NCBI GenBank assembly: GCA_963805975.1
Contig: CAWDVR010000005.1
Span: 160,001 to 224,000, forward strand
Length of the DNA: 64,000 nt
Direction: 5' to 3'
Source of the DNA: an uncultured Acidobacteriota bacterium
Lineage (GTDB): Bacteria; Acidobacteriota; Thermoanaerobaculia; Multivoradales; SZUA-115
The position numbers and the translations under genes were made by a program. Positions 1-8,864 of this stretch are shown one piece after another (the stretch's first letter is position 1; each line of letters starts with the position of its first letter). The notes under the pieces are model-generated. The model saw nothing but the letters and a program-made list of their open reading frames with translations. It made no database searches and was not told the DNA's origin.

Positions 1-94
1 CGATGCACGGTCGCGCCGGTCGCCGCCCATGCCGTGGCCAAAGAGCGGTGGTAGCATAAAGCCCAGCGCAAATAGCGATAGCCGGAAACAACCT

Positions 95-1135
95 GTGTTT
101 ACAGACAAGATCAAGCGGCTCGTGGAGCGGGTCCCCAAGAGTCCATCCTTCTGGACCACGATCGTCCCCACCCGAAGATCCATCAACAAGCTCCTGAGGT
201 CCAGAACCCTCGTCCCCCTGCTCGCCGAGATCTACGCTCTGCCCGAGCCGGTTCGCTGCGACCTCCTCCGCGCCGGCTCCAACCACAACTACAAGGTACA
301 GGCAGGCCAAGAGGCCTATGTCCTGCGGGTCTACCTGAACAACCAGTACTACATCGACGGCCCCGACGATTTTCGCTACGAGCTGGACCTGCTGCATTTC
401 CTGTCGAGCCAGGGCATCCCGGTAGCGACCCCCGTCGCCAACGTCTCGGGGGAACGTCTTTCGACCTGCGAGATCCACGGCGAGACCCGCCACATGGCGC
501 TGTTCGAGTTCGCGGCCGGCAAAAACGTCGTCAATCTCCAGGATCACCACGCCTACCTCCTGGGAGAGACCGTCGGCCGTGCCCACCAGGCCGCCGACCA
601 GTTCCAGAGCCCCTACCCCCGCTATCACCTGGACCTGCGCTACCTCCTCGAAGAGCCCCTCGAACGCCTCGGGCAGCAGCTCCAGGAACACAAGATGGGC
701 GACCTGAGCTTCTTCCGCCCCCGTGCGCAAGCCCTCCGTCGAGCCGCTGAGAGCCTGCCCAAGACGCCGCCCGCCTACGGTCTGATCCACGCCGACCTGA
801 ACTTGAGCAACGTCCTCTATCATCCGGACGCCGGATTCACCCTCCTCGATTTCGAGCACGCCGCCTTCGGTTGGCGCGCCTACGACCTGGGCATCTTCGG
901 GGACATACTCAAGGGCCACCGCTGGACCGCCTGCCTGAAGGGCTACGAATCGGTGCGCCCTCTCTCCGCAGCGGAGAAAGAATTCTTCACTTCCTTCTCG
1001 GCTTTTCGAACCCTCTGGGACATCGGTGACATCCTCAACATGATGTCCTCCTGGGGCGAGAAACCCAGCGAGAAATTCCTCAGAGAATGTCTGGCACGGG
1101 TGCAGAGGCTGGCGCGAGAGCCATTGCCCGCGTAG
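95..1135 (+). CDS. APH/homoserine kinase type II-like phosphotransferase
   Basis: Motifs YVLRVY, HADLNLSNV (Brenner-type HxDxxxxN) and LLDFE. The ORF track starts at 29; GTG95 is chosen because a TAGCAT -10-like hexamer lies at 52-57. Confidence 0.8.
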   Translation: MFTDKIKRLVERVPKSPSFWTTIVPTRRSINKLLRSRTLVPLLAEIYALPEPVRCDLLRAGSNHNYKVQAGQEAYVLRVYLNNQYYIDGPDDFRYELDLLHFLSSQGIPVATPVANVSGERLSTCEIHGETRHMALFEFAAGKNVVNLQDHHAYLLGETVGRAHQAADQFQSPYPRYHLDLRYLLEEPLERLGQQLQEHKMGDLSFFRPRAQALRRAAESLPKTPPAYGLIHADLNLSNVLYHPDAGFTLLDFEHAAFGWRAYDLGIFGDILKGHRWTACLKGYESVRPLSAAEKEFFTSFSAFRTLWDIGDILNMMSSWGEKPSEKFLRECLARVQRLAREPLPA

Positions 1136-1162
1136 GGCGTCGCGCGATCCGGGGCCAGGCCG

Positions 1163-1963
1163 CTACCGCACGTCGACCAGCTCCAGCGTCTCCGCGGTCT
1201 CGCCGAGGATGAGGCGGGCGAACTTGCCGAAGCGGCTGCCGGCGTCGGTGACGCAGAAGTGGTGCTCGGGCTCGTGGTCGCCACCGGCGGCGAGGCCGGC
1301 CTGGGCGAGGCCCTCGGCCACGGCCCTGGCGGTCGAGTCCGCGGAGTCGACCATGGTCACTTCCGGCCCCAGCACGCGGGCGAGCGCCGGCTCGAGCAGC
1401 GGGTAGTGGGTGCAGCCCAGCACCAGGGTGTCGATCGCGGCCTCCTGGAGCGGCGCCAGGTAGCGCCTCGCCACCTCCTCGGTCACCGGGTCGTCGAGCC
1501 AGCCTTCCTCGACCAGGGGCACGAAGAGCGGGCAAGCCTGGCCCAGGATCTCGAGATCGGGGCGCAGGGCCGAGAGCGAGCGGCCGTAGGCATTCGAGGC
1601 GATGGTGGACTCGGTGCCGATGACGCCCACTCTGCGGCGGGCCACGGCCGCCGCCGCCCGCGCCCCCGGCTCGATCACGCCCCACACCGGCACCGTGGCG
1701 TAGACCTCGCCCATGGCCACCGAGGAAGCCGTGTTGCAGGCGATGACCACGGCCTTGACGCCGCGCTCGACCAGGAAGAGCACGTTGCGGCGCGTGTAGC
1801 GGCCGACGGTCGCCGGCGACTTGGTGCCGTAGGGCAGGCGTGCGGTGTCGCCCAGGTAGAGGATCGACTCGTGAGGAAGCTGGCGGCGCAGCGCGGCGAC
1901 CACCGTGAAGCCGCCGACCCCGGAGTCGAAGACGCCTATCGGCCGCCCGTCACCGCGTGCCAT
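1163..1963 (-). CDS. murI: Glutamate racemase
   Basis: IGVFDSGVGG, YLGDTARLPYG, IACNTAS and LGCTHYP motifs, with both catalytic Cys. Confidence 0.97.
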   Translation of the reverse strand: MARGDGRPIGVFDSGVGGFTVVAALRRQLPHESILYLGDTARLPYGTKSPATVGRYTRRNVLFLVERGVKAVVIACNTASSVAMGEVYATVPVWGVIEPGARAAAAVARRRVGVIGTESTIASNAYGRSLSALRPDLEILGQACPLFVPLVEEGWLDDPVTEEVARRYLAPLQEAAIDTLVLGCTHYPLLEPALARVLGPEVTMVDSADSTARAVAEGLAQAGLAAGGDHEPEHHFCVTDAGSRFGKFARLILGETAETLELVDVR

Positions 1964-4133
1964 CGGCCTCTCCGGGCCGCCGCGCCAGGAGCGAGAGGTC
2001 CGGGGCGAAGGGCCGGGTGGCGTCGAAGTGGCCGCCGAAGGTCTCCGGCTGCACGCCGTTCCACAGCAGCACCACGCGCCGCACCTCGGAGACGTTGAGC
2101 GACACGGAATTGACCAGGCTCATCACCCGCTGCCACTCCTCGGTCGAGCCCGCGGGCGGGATCCCGCCGCCGCGGCTGCTGGTCAGGTCGATGAACGCGA
2201 TGCCCTCGGCCGAGAGCTGCGCCGCAGCCAGCTCGACGCCCTCGGGGAAAGGTGCCGCGAGCTCGCCGCTCTCGGGCCCGGCGAGCACCAGGCGCACCAC
2301 CGCCTCGAGCTGGCCCTCGGCGTCGCCCTGGGTCTCGATCTCGTGGCGCTCGGCGTGCAGCAGGCCGTCGGCGCCCGGAAAGTACACGTCGACCGGCAGC
2401 GCGTACGCGCCACGCTCGGTGATGCGGGGCGCCTCGTCCTCTTTCGACCCGCGGCAGGCGAGACCGGCGGCGAGCGTGGTGGCGAGCGAAGCCAGCGCGA
2501 GGCCCCGCCGGCGGCGGTGCCGCCTGCTCCGCGAGGCCCCGGCGGTGAGAGCGGCCGGTACAGGCCCGGCCGCTACGTCCGGAGAAGAGCCCTGGGAGGG
2601 CGGTGAGGCAGGAGCCTCGGGCTCGGTCCCGGTTCCGGGAGGGGGCGCGGCGCCGGCACGGAAGCGGACGATGGCGCGCACCAGAGCCGCGGCGAGGGCC
2701 GTGCGGTGGGCCGGCTCCTGCAGCTTGGCCTCCTCGTCCGGGTTGGAGAGGAAGCCGAGCTCGACCAGCACCGCGGGCATCTCGGCGCCCACCAGCACCG
2801 CGAACGGCGCCTGCTTGACGCCCCGGTCCTTCAAGCCCAGGGCGGCGTTGAGCTCGCCCTGGATGAAGCTCGCCAGGCGCTGGCTGTCCGCCAGGTGGCG
2901 GCTCTGCGCCAGGTCCCAGAGGATCAGCTCGAGGTCCCCTGCCGCCTCGTCGCCGGCCGCCCCGCCGAACCGGTTCTCGGACTCGGCGGCGGCCGCCGCC
3001 TGGCGGTCGGATGCCTTGAGGCTCAGGAAGTAGGTCTCGGCACCGAACGGCCGGCCGCCGAGCGAGGAGTTGAGATGGATCGAGATCAGGAGCTCCGCCC
3101 GGTTCTCGTTGGCGACCGCGGTGCGCTCCGCGAACGGCACCGCCACGTCCTTGCTCCGGGTCAGCAGCACGCGCACCGGTGCCGCGGCCTCGAGCTGGCG
3201 CTCGACCTCGAGCGCCAAGGCCAGCGTGAGCTCCTTCTCCACGGCGCCGTTCTTGCCCACGGCACCGGTCTCGGCGCCGCCGTGACCGGGATCGAGCACG
3301 ATGGTGGCCGCCCCACCGCGGGGCGGCAGGGGCAGCAGGTCGGGCACCGCGGCGCCGGGCAGGGCTCCGCGGTGGAGGTCGAACACCAGGCGGAACGGCG
3401 GCTGCTCCAGGGCGTAGCTCTCGGCCACCACCCCCGGCGCCAGCGTGATGCGCAGGCGGTCGCCCGCGAGCTGGAGCGAGCGGATCAACGGATCCTCGGC
3501 CTGGGGCACGGCGGTGCCACGGGCGAAGGCCCCGCCCAGGAGGCGCACGTCGATGGTCTGGCCGTCCTGCTCGATCCGGTAGTGCGGCGCGCTGGCCGGG
3601 AAGCGCACCACCAGAGTGGTAGTGCCCTGGAGGTGGACCACCTCGACCGCGGCCTCGACCTCGGTGGTCCCCGGCCGCTCGGCCGAGAGCTCCTGGCGCT
3701 CACCGTCCCACTGGAAGACCCAGCCCGCGCGCTCGCCGAGGCTCTTTTCGAGCAGGTCGAGCGGCACCAGGATGGAAGATCCTTGCGCCGCGGGCCGCTG
3801 CGAGAGGGCGAGGATCTGCTGGCCGGTGACGAGCTGCGTGCTGGTGGTGCCGAAGAGGAAGCTCGTGCCGTCGATCTCCAGCGCGTAGCCTTGCCCGCCG
3901 GTCGCCGACAGCCTGGCACCGAGCTCGATGGCGAGCGGCTCGAGAGCGACGAGCGTCCCTTCGGCGGTGGTGGCGAACGGCAGCGCGATCGCCCGGCTGC
4001 CGGTGCGCAGCGTGGCGGTGCCGGTCGCGGTGAAGACGGGAGGGGGGAGCGGCTCCGGTTTCTGGGCGCGCGCCAGCACGGCGGCCCAGGCGAGGCAGAG
4101 GGCCAGGACGAAAGCGGCGCCGCGGGCGTTCAC
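1950..4133 (-). CDS. N-acetylmuramoyl-L-alanine amidase (Amidase_3, with N-terminal accessory domains) in frame with a C-terminal GerMN domain
   Basis: Signal peptide, IVLDPGHGG, E(K/L), ISIHLN and VLVELGFLSN. After these comes an internal lipobox LAAGLAC and GerMN-like VYFP...L..E...GP...AFIDL...SLVNSV. Start GTG4133 follows TGnTATCCT; the ORF track start at 4376 overlaps the VOC gene. Confidence 0.85.
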   Translation of the reverse strand: MNARGAAFVLALCLAWAAVLARAQKPEPLPPPVFTATGTATLRTGSRAIALPFATTAEGTLVALEPLAIELGARLSATGGQGYALEIDGTSFLFGTTSTQLVTGQQILALSQRPAAQGSSILVPLDLLEKSLGERAGWVFQWDGERQELSAERPGTTEVEAAVEVVHLQGTTTLVVRFPASAPHYRIEQDGQTIDVRLLGGAFARGTAVPQAEDPLIRSLQLAGDRLRITLAPGVVAESYALEQPPFRLVFDLHRGALPGAAVPDLLPLPPRGGAATIVLDPGHGGAETGAVGKNGAVEKELTLALALEVERQLEAAAPVRVLLTRSKDVAVPFAERTAVANENRAELLISIHLNSSLGGRPFGAETYFLSLKASDRQAAAAAESENRFGGAAGDEAAGDLELILWDLAQSRHLADSQRLASFIQGELNAALGLKDRGVKQAPFAVLVGAEMPAVLVELGFLSNPDEEAKLQEPAHRTALAAALVRAIVRFRAGAAPPPGTGTEPEAPASPPSQGSSPDVAAGPVPAALTAGASRSRRHRRRRGLALASLATTLAAGLACRGSKEDEAPRITERGAYALPVDVYFPGADGLLHAERHEIETQGDAEGQLEAVVRLVLAGPESGELAAPFPEGVELAAAQLSAEGIAFIDLTSSRGGGIPPAGSTEEWQRVMSLVNSVSLNVSEVRRVVLLWNGVQPETFGGHFDATRPFAPDLSLLARRPGEADGTR

Positions 4134-4141
4134 GGCGGGCG

Positions 4142-4150
4142 AGGATACCA
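4142..4150 (-). promoter_or_regulatory. Extended -10 (TGGTATCCT) 8 nt before GTG4133; probable leaderless promoter
   Basis: Minus strand reads TGGTATCCT-CGCCCGCC-GTG, with no SD sequence. Confidence 0.45.
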
Positions 4151-4232
4151 TCGCCCCGGCCCACCCTCCGGCAGTGGCCGGCGGCGCGGGGCTTCTCAAG
4201 TATGCTTGCCCGGTTTCTGAGGAGGAGTCAGG

Positions 4233-4634
4233 ATGGAGATCCGGCAGACCCGCCTCGTGCTCCGCGCCAAGAGCTTCGAGCGCACCACGCAGTTCTACGG
4301 CGAGACGCTGTCCCTGCCGCGCCTCACGAACTGGGACCGCGCGGACGGTCGCGGCGCCTGCTTCCAGGCCGGCCATGCCGTGATCGAGATCCTGGGGCGC
4401 GGCAAGGGCGAGCTGGGCGACCTGCGCGACGAGGCCTTCGAGTACCAGGGGCCGGACCAGAAGATGACGCTGCTCTTCGTGGTGCCCTCGGCGGAGAAGG
4501 CCTACGAGGACCTATTGTTTCGCCAGAAGAACATTCCCGGCGGCCTGCGGCGCGACGTGGACGGCGCCCTGCTCTTCGAGACCCACGACCCCGACGGCGT
4601 CAAGATCTACTTCCGCCAGCTCGAGAGCGCCTGA
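4233..4634 (+). CDS. VOC/glyoxalase family protein
   Basis: FY..L.L, IEI and F.THDPDG.KI motifs. RBS GAGGAG and a TATGCT -10 at 4201. Confidence 0.85.
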   Translation: MEIRQTRLVLRAKSFERTTQFYGETLSLPRLTNWDRADGRGACFQAGHAVIEILGRGKGELGDLRDEAFEYQGPDQKMTLLFVVPSAEKAYEDLLFRQKNIPGGLRRDVDGALLFETHDPDGVKIYFRQLESA

Positions 4635-4645
4635 GAGGCAAGCTC

Positions 4646-5356
4646 TCAGCCGGTGAGCCCCAGGATCGCCGGCAGCGCCTGGAGATTGGTCAGGTCACCC
4701 TGCCCGCGCCGGCGGTCGAGCAGCAGCGCGTGCATGCCGACGGCGATCGCGCCTTCCAGGTCCTCGCGGCGGCGGTCGCCCACGTGCAGCACCTCCTCGG
4801 CCGGGAGGTGCAAGCGGTCGAGCGCGATGCGGAAGATGCGCGGATCGGGCTTCTCGCAGTCGACCTCCGAGGAATAGACCACCGCCTCGAAGCGGGCGGC
4901 CAGCCCGAGCCGCTCGAGGAGCGCCGGCAGCCGCTCGTCCCAGTTGGCGATGGCCGCCAGCTTGAGGCCGGACTCGGCCAGCCGGTCGAGGGCGGGGAGC
5001 GCCTCCGGGTAGATCTCCCAGGCCTCGGCGCGGCCGAAGCGGGCGTAGAGCTCGGCGGCGGCGAAGGGCGAGAGCTCGCCCGCACCCAGGTGCTCCAGGA
5101 TGCGCTCGAGGAACCGCGCCCAGAAGCCGCGCGCGCCCTGCGGGTGCGAGTTGAAGCGGTCGCGGCCGAGCACCGCCGTGCAATCGAGCTCCCGCCACAC
5201 CTCCGCGATCAGCCGCTCGATCCGGTCCGCGTCCGCCACCACACCGTGCCGGGACAGCACCTCGGCGTAGATCTCCCCGCGCAGCGGCGAGTGGAAGATC
5301 GTGCCCGTCAGGTCGAAGGTGACGGCCGAGAGCGAAGAACGGAGCAGGCGGACCGT
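4646..5356 (-). CDS. HAD-superfamily hydrolase (REG-2/HDHD3-like)
   Basis: Motif I VTFDLTGTI lies in frame upstream of the ORF-track start (5260). ANWD, EKPDPRIF and HVGD...D motifs follow. The likely start is ACG5356, 6 nt after GAGGAG. Confidence 0.85.
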   Translation of the reverse strand, partial: TVRLLRSSLSAVTFDLTGTIFHSPLRGEIYAEVLSRHGVVADADRIERLIAEVWRELDCTAVLGRDRFNSHPQGARGFWARFLERILEHLGAGELSPFAAAELYARFGRAEAWEIYPEALPALDRLAESGLKLAAIANWDERLPALLERLGLAARFEAVVYSSEVDCEKPDPRIFRIALDRLHLPAEEVLHVGDRRREDLEGAIAVGMHALLLDRRRGQGDLTNLQALPAILGLTG

Positions 5357-5382
5357 GGTTTTCTCCTCGAGGCGGGGCGAGC

Positions 5383-6156
5383 CTACCCCTGGCGCCAGGC
5401 TTCGACCGGGTTGGCGAGCACTCCGACGCCGGGCACCTCGACCTCCATGCGGTCGCCGTCGGCGAGCGTGCCCACGCCGGCCGGGGTGCCGGTGAGGAGC
5501 AGGTCGCCGGGCTCGAGGGTCATGATCCGCGACACGTAGGCAAGCAGCTCGGCGATGCCCCAGGCCATGTCGCGGGCCTGGCCGCGCTGGCGCTCCTCGC
5601 CGTTGACGCGGGTCACCACCTCGAGATCTTCGAGATCGGCATCCAGCAGGATCGCGGGGCCCAGCGGGCAGAAGCTGTCGAAAGACTTGGCGCGGGCGAA
5701 GGTGGCGTCCTTCTTCTGCAGGTCGCGGGCCGTCACGTCGCAGGCGCAGGTGACTCCCAGCACCGCCGAGCGCGCCTCCCCGGCCGAGGCCCGCCGCAGC
5801 CGCCTGCCCACCACCACGGCGATCTCGCCCTCGTACTCCACGCGTGCGCTCTCCGGCGGCAGCACGACCGGCACATTGGGGCCGACGATCGTCGAGGTCG
5901 CCTTCAAGAAGACCAGCGGCTCGGCCGGCATGGGGTTGCCCAGCTCGGCGGCGTGGTCCTTGTAGTTGCGGCCGATACCGACGATCTTGCCCGGCACGAT
6001 CGGCGCCAGGAGCTTCTCCCGTCCGGGGTCGACCGCCCGCCCGTACTCGTACCCTCCCGGCGCGGTGGCCAGGGGATCGGAGTAGAGCGCGCGGACCACC
6101 CCCTCCGGGTCGGTCGCCGCGTAGAAACCCTCCGGGCTGAGCCGGTAGAGAAGCAT
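5383..6156 (-). CDS. Fumarylacetoacetate hydrolase family protein
   Basis: GIGRNY.DH, VFLK, EYEGE, DVTARD, AKSFD.FCPLGP and LTGTPAG motifs. Confidence 0.93.
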   Translation of the reverse strand: MLLYRLSPEGFYAATDPEGVVRALYSDPLATAPGGYEYGRAVDPGREKLLAPIVPGKIVGIGRNYKDHAAELGNPMPAEPLVFLKATSTIVGPNVPVVLPPESARVEYEGEIAVVVGRRLRRASAGEARSAVLGVTCACDVTARDLQKKDATFARAKSFDSFCPLGPAILLDADLEDLEVVTRVNGEERQRGQARDMAWGIAELLAYVSRIMTLEPGDLLLTGTPAGVGTLADGDRMEVEVPGVGVLANPVEAWRQG

Positions 6157-6163
6157 CGGGGGA

Positions 6164-6169
6164 ATTCTA
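6164..6169 (-). promoter_or_regulatory. -10 box TAGAAT 7 nt before ATG6156; probable leaderless promoter
   Basis: Minus strand reads TAGAAT-TCCCCCG-ATG, with no SD sequence. Confidence 0.5.
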
Positions 6170-6204
6170 CAGGGCCAGGCTCATCGGCGCCGGCCAGCCC
6201 TCGT

Positions 6205-7177
6205 TCAACTCTGTCCCCGCCGCACCAGCAGCCAGAGAAAGAACGGCCCGCCGGCGAGGGCGGTGAGGATGCCTACCGGCAGCTCGGCCGGGGCCATCAG
6301 GGTGCGGGCGGCCAAGTCGGAGAGGGCGAGGAAGATGCCCCCACCCGCGAGGCAGGCGGGTACCAGGAACAGGTGGTCGTGCCCCACGAAGCGGCGCAGC
6401 ACGTGGGGCACGATCAGGCCCACGAAGCCGAGCGGCCCGGCGACCGCCACCAGCGCGCCGATCGCGAGCGACGCGCCGCCCAGGACCAGCAGGCGCAGGC
6501 GCGCGAGGTCGACACCGCGCGCGGCGGCGGTCTCCTCGCCGGTCAAGAGCAGATTGAGCGGCCAGCGCAGGGCGACGAGCAGGCCGCCCAGGCCGAGCGA
6601 CCAGGGCAGGAGCCACAAGCACCTCGCGGTAGCCCACCACGGCGAGCCCGCCCATCATCCAGCGCACCATGCGGAAGGTCTTGGTGGCGTCGGCCGTGTA
6701 CTGGAGGAAGAGGATCAGGGCCGAGGTGGAGAGCGAGATCGCGATACCCGCGAGGAGAAGCGTGCCGGTCTCGAAGCGGTCCTGCCGCGAGGCGAGGCCC
6801 ACCACCAGCGCGGCGGCGGCCAGCGCGCCGCAGAAGCTCGCCAGGGTCACAGAGATTCCCAACCCCTCGCCGGCCAGGGCGATCGCCGCCACCGCGCCGA
6901 GGGCTGCGCCGCCCGCCACCCCCAGTGTGTAGGGCTCGGCCAGAGGGTTCCTGAACAGGGTCTGGAAGGCGAGGCCGGCGCTCGCCAGGATGCCGCCCGC
7001 GAGGAGCGCCAAGAGCACCCGCGGCAGCCGGAGCTGCCAGACGATCACGGCCCCCTGGCCCTCGCCCGAGAGCGCCGTGCCGAGGTCCACCGCCTGGCTG
7101 CCCAGGAGCGGCGCCACCACCAGCGTGGCCACCCAGGCGAGAGCCAGGAGGAGGAGGAAGGCGGCGCGGCGGCTCAA
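6205..7177 (-). CDS. btuC: Cobalamin ABC transporter permease (FecCD/BtuC family); one frameshift near 6620
   Basis: RLPR, FRNPLAEP.TLG and WMMG in one frame, continuing in another frame as GFVGLIVPH and ELPVGILTA. There is one extra base at GTG CTT GTG G. Confidence 0.88.
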
Positions 7178-7989
7178 CCGACGTCCTCGGCCGGAGCGCC
7201 CGCTTCGTCGAAGGCGAGGAGAGTGAGGGGGCGTTCGCCGGATGCCACGACGGTGAACGGCGCCGCGAAGAGCCGGGTGAGGAGCGGCGGCGCCAGGAGC
7301 TCCGCCGGCGTGCCGCTCGCCAGCAGGCGCCCCTCCTGGAGAGCGGCCACCCGGTCTGCGAGCCGCGAGGCGAAGTTGAGATCGTGGGTGGCGAAGACCA
7401 CCGTCTGATCGCCCCGCCGCCGGAGGGCGAGGAGGATGGCGGCCACGTCCCGCTGGTGGCGGGGATCGAGGTGTGTGGTGGGCTCGTCCAGCAACAGGAT
7501 CTCCGCTTCCTGGGCGAGCGCGGCGGCGATGTAGGCGGCCTGGCGCTCGCCGCCCGAGAGCTCATCGAGCCGGCGGCCGGAGAGCGGCGCCACCCCGGCC
7601 AGCTCCAGGGACTCGCGCACGGCACGGTAATCCTGCGGCCTGGGCGCGAGCTGGAAAGCCGAGAGATGCGGGAAGCGGCCCTGGAGCACCAGCTCCTCGA
7701 CCGTGAACGGTACCCGCGCCGGCCGCACCTGCGGCACGTACGCCACCCGCCGCGCCAGCTCGCGCCGGGACAGGCTCGCGTACGGGCGGTCCTGGTAGCG
7801 CACCTCGCCGGCCGTGGGCGGCAGCACCCCGGCCAGCAGGCGCAACAGGGTCGTCTTACCGGCCCCGTTCGGGCCGACCAGGGCCAGGCACTCGCCGCGC
7901 GCCAGATCGAGGTCCAAGGGCCCGAGCACCGTCCTCGCCCCCACCCTCCAGGCGAGGCCGCGCGCCGTGAGGAGGGCCGGCGGGCTCAC
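7174..7989 (-). CDS. btuD: Cobalamin/iron-chelate ABC transporter ATPase
   Basis: GPNGAGKT, LSGGERQ, LLLDEPT and THDLN motifs. It overlaps both neighbours by 4 nt. Confidence 0.9.
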   Translation of the reverse strand: MSPPALLTARGLAWRVGARTVLGPLDLDLARGECLALVGPNGAGKTTLLRLLAGVLPPTAGEVRYQDRPYASLSRRELARRVAYVPQVRPARVPFTVEELVLQGRFPHLSAFQLAPRPQDYRAVRESLELAGVAPLSGRRLDELSGGERQAAYIAAALAQEAEILLLDEPTTHLDPRHQRDVAAILLALRRRGDQTVVFATHDLNFASRLADRVAALQEGRLLASGTPAELLAPPLLTRLFAAPFTVVASGERPLTLLAFDEAGAPAEDVG

Positions 7990-8864
7990 GGCGGGGCCGC
8001 GCCGGCAAGCGCGCGCCTCATCTCGTCGTAGAGCTGCACCAGGCGGGGCCCCGGCACCATCGTGTGGCTGCCGCCGAGCACCGCGATCCTCCGGTCGCGC
8101 ACCGCCGGCACCTCGGGAAAGCGCTCCCAGTCCGCGGTGAGCCGGCGCACCAGCTCGGGCGTCGGTGCTTCGGCCTGCAGCTCGAGGATGACCTCCGGCC
8201 CGCGCCCGAGCACCGACTCGAGGCCGATCTTGGGAAAGGCGAGGTTGGAGTCGGCGAGCACGTTGACCGCCCCCAGGCGGGCCAGCAGCTCGCCGTAGGA
8301 GCTCGACGGGCCGGCCGCCAGCACTTCCTCCAGCTTGCCCGGGTCCCGTTCGAGAGAGAGCAGCACTTTGACTCCAGTCAGTCCCTCGACCGGCGCCAGG
8401 CCGGCGCGGAAGCGGGCGAGGAGCGAGCGCCCGGCCTCCTCGACCCCGCAGCGCCGGGCCACGGCCTCGATCGCCGCCTCGACGTCGGCGAGCGAGTCGC
8501 TGTCCACCTCCAGGCTGTCGATGCCCAGCCGCGCCAGCTCTCCGGCGAGCTTCGCCTCGCTGGGCAGCACCACCGCGAGGTCGGGCGCCAGGGTCACGAT
8601 GGCTTCGAGGTTGGGGTCCACCAAGCCGCCGAGCTTGGGGAGCGCGGCGATCTCGGGCGGGTAGGTGCAGTAGTTGCCCACTCCCACCACGCGGTCCCCT
8701 AGCCCCAGCGCGAAGAGGATCTCGACCGCGCTCGGCGCCAGGGCGATGATTCGTTGGGGGGGCGTGCCGCCGGGCAGAGTGCGCCGCTCGCCGCCGCAGG
8801 CTCCCAGGCCGAGAGCCAGAACGGCGGCGAAGGCGAACGCGAGAGCCCGGCGCCGCAATATCAA
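7986..8864 (-). CDS. btuF: Cobalamin-binding lipoprotein (helical-backbone metal receptor)
   Basis: Lipobox LGAC, RIIALAPS.VE, GV..YC.YP, PNLE.I..L.PDL and PGPR. The TTG start overlaps the btuB TGA; the N-terminal part of the 680-aa track ORF is shadow sequence. Confidence 0.88.
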   Translation of the reverse strand: MILRRRALAFAFAAVLALGLGACGGERRTLPGGTPPQRIIALAPSAVEILFALGLGDRVVGVGNYCTYPPEIAALPKLGGLVDPNLEAIVTLAPDLAVVLPSEAKLAGELARLGIDSLEVDSDSLADVEAAIEAVARRCGVEEAGRSLLARFRAGLAPVEGLTGVKVLLSLERDPGKLEEVLAAGPSSSYGELLARLGAVNVLADSNLAFPKIGLESVLGRGPEVILELQAEAPTPELVRRLTADWERFPEVPAVRDRRIAVLGGSHTMVPGPRLVQLYDEMRRALAGAAPP

